A stretch of DNA of 61,002 bases, the filler included. It is 11 parts of 11 records of this genome, joined end to end, with 100 filler letters (N's around TTAATTAATTAA, not from the genome) between each part and the next. Parts side by side here need not be neighbours in the genome. Positions count along the whole stretch, not along the records: positions 51,822 to 56,048 come from SRR15195285_5599; positions 56,149 to 61,002 come from SRR15195285_5602; 9 more parts are not named here. One strand, written 5' to 3'. The position numbers and the translations under genes were made by a program. Shown here one piece after another: positions 53,825 to 61,002 of the stretch (position 1 is its first letter; the number at the start of each line of letters is the position of its first letter). A model generated the notes under the pieces. That model was not told where the DNA came from. It saw only the letters and a program-made list of their open reading frames with translations, and searched no databases.

Positions 53825-55630
53825 ATGGCGTCGAGCGAGGAAGAACGCTCTGGAGGGCTACCACCTGGCTTCCGTGGGCGCGTGAAAATGTACTCGATGC
53901 TGATCGGATCGGTGCGGGCAGGCGCTGCTGGTGCGCTCGCGATCGCCTTGTGCAGCACAGCTAACAGCTGTTCGGGATGCCTCAGGTGATGGCGTTCAAG
54001 GTTCCACGCTTTGCGTACGTGCTCTCTTGCATGCCACGCCTCAACAATCCACACGACCACGCACCCGCCTGCTTTAACGACCTGTGCTGCCCACGCAGCA
54101 TCAATACGATGGTTCCGTTCGTGGTGTCCGATCTTGGGCTGCCACGCTCGGTTACTCCGAGCCTACTTGCTGCGTTTCACCCAGGCTACATTTTGACGCA
54201 GATTCCGTCCTCTTTTCTGGTCAAAAGCCGCGGCCCGAAGTTCGTCTGCTCATTCCAGCTGTTGGGATCGGCCGGGATGATGATGCTCGTTCCCGCTGCG
54301 TCCAACCTGCGAGGTACTCCTTCCCACCCACCTGTCTACCAGTTCAAAAGCGCTAACATGCAACGATTACTCACAGGATCGTCGGCACTCAAAGTCGGAG
54401 TCATGTCGGTGCTAATGTTTGTGATGGGGATGTTTCAAGGGCCAATGTCGCCCGTTGGTTCCCAGCTCAATCGCAACTGGATGCCGCGTGGCGGAGGGCC
54501 TGGCGGTGTCGAACGAGCGTGGGCTCAGCGCTTTGTGTCGCTCAGCCACAACGTCTGCCCTTTGTTAGCAGCGCTCTTTACTCCTCGGATCGCCGAACGA
54601 TACGGCTGGCGGGCCGTGTGTTACATCTTTTCTGGTGTGGGCGGTGCGTTTCTGGTGCTGTGGAGGTTGCTGGCGTCGAACAGTCCGGCTACGGTGGCGA
54701 CCTCTACCCCCGATGCCATTCCGCCCAACCCGAAAAGAAAAGCAAAGACAAAATCAGAGACAAATGCCACGGGAACAGACTGGCGCATCCTACGAACAAA
54801 GCCGGCGCTGGCGCTGGGGCTATTCCACCTCGCCTCCGACGTCGGGGATTTCACTCGGCACCAGCTCGCACCGACTGTGTTCCTCGAAAAGTAAGTTGCT
54901 AGTCGCCCTTCGCAAACACTTGCACGGCATGAGCATATTACCGGTTTTCGCCCATCGCTGCTGCCAGGTACAAATGTACACCTGTCCAGATGGGGTCATA
55001 TCTCGCCCTGGGAAACGCTGCGAACATTCCGGCTGGATTCATCTGGGCAACCCTAGAGTCTGTCCTCGTCAGCCGCAACGTTGACACGCTACGAATTCGT
55101 CGGATATTTGAGGCCATCGGCAGCAGCGCTGAAGCAGTATTGTTTGTCGTGTATGCCTTCGCTCCGAATCCTATCATTGCGACACTGGCGTATGGTGGGA
55201 TCACAGCCTTTGATGCAACACATACAAGTGGCGCGTGGTCGAACTATTTGGAGGTGGGTGGCGACGATACTGCGATGCTGAATGCTTGCTGGAACACGAT
55301 CTCTAGCTCCACGGCAATTGTCATCCCTTATCTGGTGCGCCGTCGTGCGCTCTGCAACTGCGTACCTCGGTCGCTTCGTTAACCGACTATTTCGGCTGCG
55401 TGACTGACTGTTTGTTGCGCTTGCTTTGCTGCGATTCTGGACACTCTCAAAACGATTCGAAGGGGTTTTGGTTGGAGCGCGTCACAGGAACATGGGCAAC
55501 GATGACAATGATCGCGGTTGGTTTCAAGGTCGCTTCTGGCTGCCTGTTCTGTGCGTGGAGTTCGACAGAAACGGCGCGCTCAATCCTCGACAAGGAAGAT
55601 GCAGCGAAGGAGCAAGTTCGATCTAGCTGA
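53825..55630 (+). CDS. MFS transporter (SLC17/anion:cation symporter-like), multi-exon
   Basis: LLAAFHPGYILTQIPSSFLVKSRGPK, GMFQGP, NWMP...ER, RYGWRAVCYIFSG and GAWSNYLEVG. Several GT-AG introns link ORFs 53977-54894, 54990-55382 and 55400-55630. Confidence 0.85.
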
Positions 55631-55737
55631 GTTTCCACCCATTCATGCAGCACATGTGCGAGCGAGAGAATGCTGCGCACCAAATTGAGTGAACCCGACT
55701 ACCATTCAGTGCGAACCGTTACGCCACCACAATGGAA

Positions 55738-56048
55738 TCAATTGCACCGCCTCACGAGTCTCGGCAGGTAACAGCCGAGCCCCAACGTTCGGACCACCAT
55801 CAAGAACATATAGGTGCACCATAGTCCTGTGTTTCCTAGGCTGAGCGTATTGATGAGCGCCTCTCCCACCCCCACTGTCAACAATAGCATCACCAGCATA
55901 GCGTTGCGCATCTCGGGGGTTGCGACGGCACCGATGAAAATCCCATCAAGCATAAATGCCCACACGGAAACCAACGGTGCGACCACTACGTAGCCAAGGT
56001 ATTCAGCAGCCTTCGTCCTCACCTCCGGGATGGTCGTCAACACCGAGA
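55738..56048 (-). CDS. MATE/DinF-like efflux transporter, C-terminal fragment
   Basis: LTTIPEVR..A.EYL...P......AFMLDGIFIGA.....MRNAM...LGNTGLW matches the DinF-type MATE C-terminus. Confidence 0.8.
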
Positions 56049-56323
56049 NNNNNNNNNNNNNNNNNNNNNNNNNNNNNNNNNNNNNNNNNNNNTTAATTAA
56101 TTAANNNNNNNNNNNNNNNNNNNNNNNNNNNNNNNNNNNNNNNNNNNNTGTAGTGATCTCGGGGTATAGCCCTTTTTTAAAAAAAGTGCTGCCAAAGCGC
56201 GAAAATACCGCTGTATCACGCCGGCCAGTAGTATATCGCTGTGCGTATGCGCAGAGGCGCGGCGCGGCGCGCCGCGCGGAACTCTCTTTTTTGAAACGCC
56301 GCACGTGCGGAATGTTAGGCAGG

Positions 56324-56968
56324 ATGATTGGGCGCAAGGGCGGGGAGCAGCAAGACGGCGGGTCTGCCGATGCTGGGGCTGCTGCAGCTGGGGCCGATGA
56401 ACAGCATCAAGATGTAGATGTATGCGAGGACTCTCAGCCGGTGGCGCTCATCCCCGGTGGGGCGGCCCGGGAGCGACCGGGCAGGCAGCGGTATAGGAAG
56501 CAGGCGGAGGGTGGTGACAGCCCGGCGCTGCTCTCGTTCCGGCCGTCACAAGTTGGGGTGCACAGCATCGCTGCACGGCGGCGCGAACACCAGGTCGCGG
56601 CGGAGTGGGACGAGACACGCTCTGCGTGGGAGCGGCAGATGGCCAACCTCCGCGACTCGATCAACGACGAGCGGGAGGCTTCAGCGAGCACAGAGCACAT
56701 TCGCAGCAGCGGGGTCGCGGAAGCTACGGTCAATGCGTTTCTCGCAGAGACAGATGTGCTCGAAAACATGCATATCGGCCGGCCGGCCTCGTACATGGCT
56801 CCCTCGCGGTCCGAGGCTGCAGCTGGGGTCGGTCGATCGTCGGGGGTGCCGGATATCTCGCCGCTCTCGGCACGGTCGGAGGCTGCACGGTCGGGGGCTG
56901 ACGGACAGCCTGCCATCGATGATGATGTCGATGTCCTCATGGACGCGATTCTGCTCGAGGCAGGCTGA
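56324..56968 (+). CDS. Hypothetical protein with a short coiled coil
   Basis: Open frame with coding-like composition (EWDETRSAWERQMANLRDSINDER); no recognisable domain; start codon uncertain. Confidence 0.5.
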   Translation: MIGRKGGEQQDGGSADAGAAAAGADEQHQDVDVCEDSQPVALIPGGAARERPGRQRYRKQAEGGDSPALLSFRPSQVGVHSIAARRREHQVAAEWDETRSAWERQMANLRDSINDEREASASTEHIRSSGVAEATVNAFLAETDVLENMHIGRPASYMAPSRSEAAAGVGRSSGVPDISPLSARSEAARSGADGQPAIDDDVDVLMDAILLEAG

Positions 56969-57837
56969 GCTCCCTCGTCCATCGAACTGGCGATCGTCAG
57001 TGATGTGCCCTGTGGCGACAATCTGATCCAACCCGGATCAAGGTGGCGGCAGCTGTCGCAGGAACGCCCCTCCGTGGGCCATGACCACACTGTCACGCTT
57101 ATTCTAGGACTGCCTGAGTCTAGCTACTCTGGTACTTTTGAGGGCCTTGCGCCAGGTGTCAAGGACCTGGTTTTGATGTTATGTCTGGGCCTAATCCTTC
57201 CAAATGAAAGACGGTTGCACTATACACACATGCAATGCACACGTGAATTAGGAGTCTGGCAAGTCCATGATCGTGCACCGGCATGCACACCCTGGCTAGC
57301 CCAGGTACCGGTACCGTCCGCATAGAAAACCTCACCGGCTTGACGACCCACGCTGACGTCGTTGCCATCGATCCACTAGTCGTCACATGCCCTGTGTGGC
57401 CGCTCCCCCTTTCGGCACATTTGCGCGACCGACCACGCCACGCAACACCTGTAGAGCGCTGCCCCCTCCGCATCTCAGAGGAGAGGACCACTTTGGGCAA
57501 GGACCCGTTGTGGTACTGACTTCCGGGGTGTTTTATTCATAGTGTTTGGAATCGGTCAAGACTGTATAATATTTGAGACCATGCATGCCAAGTGAGACCA
57601 GGTGGTGTGCGTAGTGGGCTAGGACTTCGAACAAGGTGGTCGGTTTTGGAATCGAGGAATAGGGACTTTGTAGGATCAGCTCGCAAAAAACCCTCTCAAG
57701 CGACACACACATACGATGCGGTCGGTGGTAGGGGATGGGTGAAAAAGAGGAGGACGAACACAAGTGGGTCGTAATGTAATGCTAACATTTTAGACACAAT
57801 TTTTTTTAAAAACAAGTCTTATCCGAACTGTTTCAGT

Positions 57838-57920
57838 GCACAATCTCGCACAATGTACTTGCTACTTGCACAATCTCCGCACAATGTCTGGTTGTATAGT
57901 ACTGCATTTCCGCACAATGT
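57838..57920. repeat. Cluster of five GCACAAT heptamers
   Basis: Copies start at 57838, 57848, 57868, 57879 and 57912. Confidence 0.75.
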
Positions 57921-58823
57921 CAGCAGTGCCGGGAATGGATTAGGAATTCCTACTAGTACATGTACCGGTAGCAGATGATCGATCGCTCCTCACGGGAACA
58001 CGAGGCATCAGTCGATCACTCCTCACGCGGGGACACATTCACCCCGACCGGGAGAATCACATTGTCGTCGCCCACGCAGTGCGATGCGGCGTGTGGACCA
58101 CAGCTCTCATCGACTCGGATGGCCACTGCGGGCAACGAAGTTGGTGGGCGCTGCTCCCTTTGTTTTTGGCCTTTGGCCTCTGCCGTTTGGCTTCCAATAC
58201 CCATGCCAGCGATGGGCTGCGGTGGTACCGCTCCTGAGCAGCGCCAGCGGACGGGCTGTATGTAACTGTGTGTATGCTAGTACCAGTACCACTGCCAGTA
58301 CCGGCGTAGTGTGCACCGACAAGGTGGTTGCGTTGCTGACTGCTGGTCGTATGGTACACCGCTAGCTCGTGTGTCACACATGTGGGCACTGTAGCCGCTG
58401 CAGGTGGCGCTGCTGACGGGGGGCGGCTCGTTGTTGATATCGATGGGTTGCGGTGCGAGCAGCGGCAGCGCGGTTGATGGCGTCGCCGAGCCGCTCGTGG
58501 CGGCGGGCTCGCCTGCAGCGGTGCGACAGTCATACATAGGACATGGGGTGTTGGCTTGATGTCATGGATAGGGAGGGAGGGAGGGAGCGCGTGGGGGTGG
58601 GTTTGGATTGATGCTTGCATTACATCACAATATGCGGTGCTTGAAGACCACTAGCACATCTCTCTCCCCCCCTCTCTCTTCCGCTGTCTGTCCCGCGCTC
58701 TCTCATGCAGTATACAGAGAGACAGGGCAGAGGAACAGAGGGACAGACAGAGGGACAGACAGACAGACTAGATGTCCAGTCCTGCTGGTATTTGGTGTGG
58801 TCTGATGAACATTTGCGGAGCAG

Positions 58824-61002
58824 GTGCGGCACTGGGTGAGCAACTGGAGCAGGTCTGTGGTGGGCGGCCCGGGCTACGGTGACAGCGGGCTGTGGCTGGT
58901 GGTGGACGGTGCGGGGTTGCAGCTGTATCGGGAGGGCGCGGTCGCTGGGGAGCAGCCTGTCGCGCGGCTGGACCTGTACACGATTCAGTCGTGGCGTGGC
59001 ACGCCGAGCCAGCTTCACCTGCAACTGACGGACGGTCAGGTCGTCAGCTTTGACGTGCAGGGCGGTGGGTACGAGATCGTCCGCGAGCTGGAGCACGTCT
59101 GCCAAACGCTTGCGGCGCAGCAGCCGGTTATGGCCACCGTCGTCGGGACCGCCCCGCCTGCGCACGTGATGACGGGTGCCGTGACAGGTGCCGTGGACAT
59201 CTCTGCGGTCCAAAGTGGCATCGCGGGCTGCGTGACCCGTCTACAAGAGCAGATGTCACTACGCTGGCTGGCGGTCTCGGCCGAGATCGCGCGGCTGCGC
59301 ACGGCTGCCGAGGCGACGGCAGCGAGCGTTTCGATGCTTGATCACCTTGCCTCTACTGGCGCGCCGGAGGGTTCGGTCTGCCTTGATGGCCGTGCTGGCA
59401 CAGACGGCGCGGCAGAGGGTGGACGGGGAGTGTGCGGCGCGTGCACATTCGAGAACGAGACGTCTGCCGAGCAGTGCACGATGTGTGGATGCTCACTCAG
59501 CCCGGTGGGAGTCTCGATCCTGGGTGGCACCTCACCCGGCAGCTCAGCCGCCGCCGCCGAGTTGGCGGGGGCGGCTGCAGTCCTGGGAGAAGCTGTTGAA
59601 GCAGAGGATGTGTCGTGGCTTGTGGGGGCGCTCACCTCGTTGCAAGCTGAGGCTGGGGCACGCGGCAGTTCCGCTAACGTGGGCGCGGAGAGATTGGCGA
59701 CTGTGGAGTCACTTGCGCGCTGGCTGGAAGTGGCAGAGGAGCGGTGCCTCGCCTGGAAGTGTGTCGGGGAATCGCTGCGGGCGGGGGAGCGTGAGGAGCT
59801 AGAGCTTTGGATGGAGATGTTGGCGGAAGCAAGTGCAACTGCCCACGCAGAAAACCACGCGGCAGGTGGGGCGACCAATTCATCCATCGGTGAGCCTGTC
59901 CTTCGCTTCGCATCTAAGCGTGTATCATTAGCAGTGCTGCCACGTCACTATCTGCATGTACGGGTTTCGCAGGCGTGATTGGCGACGAGCAAGTCGAGAT
60001 GGGGCTGCAGACGCAGCTTCGCGACGTGTTGGAAAGCTGGCGCGGCGGCGAGCAGGCTGAGCTCGTGCGTATTGAACAAGTGCGACAGCCACGCCATAAT
60101 ATGAACGACGCCTACATTCGTGTTCACTGATTGGTTCTAGAAGATTACGTTTTGAGGAGATTGGTGTTGTTTATGGTATCAGGAACGCACGATGTACAAT
60201 ACGATATCGCAGGCTCTGGAAGGTGGGATGGACAGACAGAGCGCGATGCAGATGCTCCAGGAAGTCGTCAATGAGGCGCAGCAGTAAGTGCTCGGTGGAC
60301 AGACTAAGCACACTGTAGAGGAGGGGGAGAGGATAATTTTGAGCTTTTCCATCGCAGAATTGATTCTTGCGCGCAACTGAGTTTACGTTGACCCACTGTT
60401 TCGTATGGCTCAGGTATGATGTCGACTTCACGCCAGCGCAGCTCGCGCTTGATCAGTTGGTAGACGATGAGGCCAGGCAGTTGGCGACTCAGCGTCAGCG
60501 TGATGAGGCAATGCGTGTGGCCGTCGGCGGCGACGAGACCCAGATGAATGTAGAGGCCGGGAGGCCAAGCGCAACCTCAGCACGTACCGCACTACCGCTG
60601 CCGGAGCCCCAGCCGGAGCCGGAGCAACAGCTGGAGCCAGAACGACCCATGAATGGGCTACCGAGGACAGCCTCAGGCGCCAGCACGCAGTCGGCTGCGG
60701 CGGACCTCTCCGCGGCAATGGTGTGCACCACTGAACAGTTTTTTGTGGGTGCATTTGGACACCATAGTTCAAATTTCAGAGCGGTTTCTGTTTCTGTGAC
60801 AGGATGACGTGGAAGAGCTCGACAAGTCGTTGCGAGAGCAAAACGAGGCGATGATGCGTGAGGAGGCCGCAGCGAGGTCGCGGCGTGAGGCGCAGGTGGA
60901 GCGAGAGCGGCGACGCAAGGAGAGCGAGAAGGCAGAGCGCGAACAGCATCTTCGTTCGCAGCACCAACGCCATCAACGTCAGCAGCAGCAGCAGCAGCAG
61001 CA
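58824..61002 (+). CDS. Multi-exon protein with a PH-like N-terminal segment, an NZF/RanBP2-type zinc finger and a coiled coil (partial)
   Basis: GLWLVVDGAGLQLYREG...LYTIQSW...LHLQL..G..VSF (PH-like); CGACTFENETSAEQCTMCG. Downstream exons are separated by gtgag, gtgcg and gtaag introns; the E/R-rich tail runs into a CAG repeat at the window end. Confidence 0.65.

Noticed and set aside
55738-56048. DinF-like MATE as a horizontal transfer
   Set aside because: Only about 100 aa are visible and DinF-type MATEs are widespread in algae and plants, so HGT cannot be supported.
3637-56148. Regularly recurring TTAATTAATTAA flanked by Ns, resembling a repeat array
   Set aside because: These are artificial contig-joining spacers. 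Any apparent gene cluster that spans them (for example SARM1 next to ALDH or the receptor) is not real linkage.
57000-58800. Several short ORFs and GA/GACA-rich tracts
   Set aside because: No protein motifs. Probably intergenic DNA, plus an unresolved 5' exon and intron of the NZF gene.

Overview
This window is not one locus. It is 11 short contigs joined by artificial 100-nt spacers (44 N + TTAATTAATTAA + 44 N), so gene adjacency across a spacer means nothing. The DNA is GC-rich, gene-dense and eukaryotic, with short GT-AG introns and CTRAC/CTCAC-type branch points; it looks like a single-cell or metagenome assembly of a unicellular eukaryote, but the lineage cannot be fixed from this window. 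Genes in order: an ankyrin plus coiled-coil protein, a giant Cys-rich multi-TM receptor-like protein, a SARM1-like ARM-SAM-TIR protein, an aldehyde dehydrogenase, a secreted SURNod19/Cu-monooxygenase-like protein with PAN and DOMON inserts, a PWWP protein, DNA polymerase epsilon, an SLC24/NCKX exchanger, a xylose-isomerase-like TIM barrel, a GH43-like propeller, an unknown protein with a duplicated novel domain, a CD36-family protein with EGF inserts, a multi-NPCBM protein, a PIF1 helicase with a PAH/harmonin-like domain, TMTC, an MFS transporter, a MATE fragment and an NZF zinc-finger protein. The top finding is the full-length SARM1 homologue. It keeps the TIR NADase glutamate but has only one SAM domain and a charge reversal at the position matching the NMN/NAD+ sensor lysine. 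Several unusual domain fusions and a recurrent GTAC/CTAG-palindrome-rich intergenic motif (TAGGAATTCCTA) are also worth follow-up. All family assignments come from motif recognition by eye; no searches were run.
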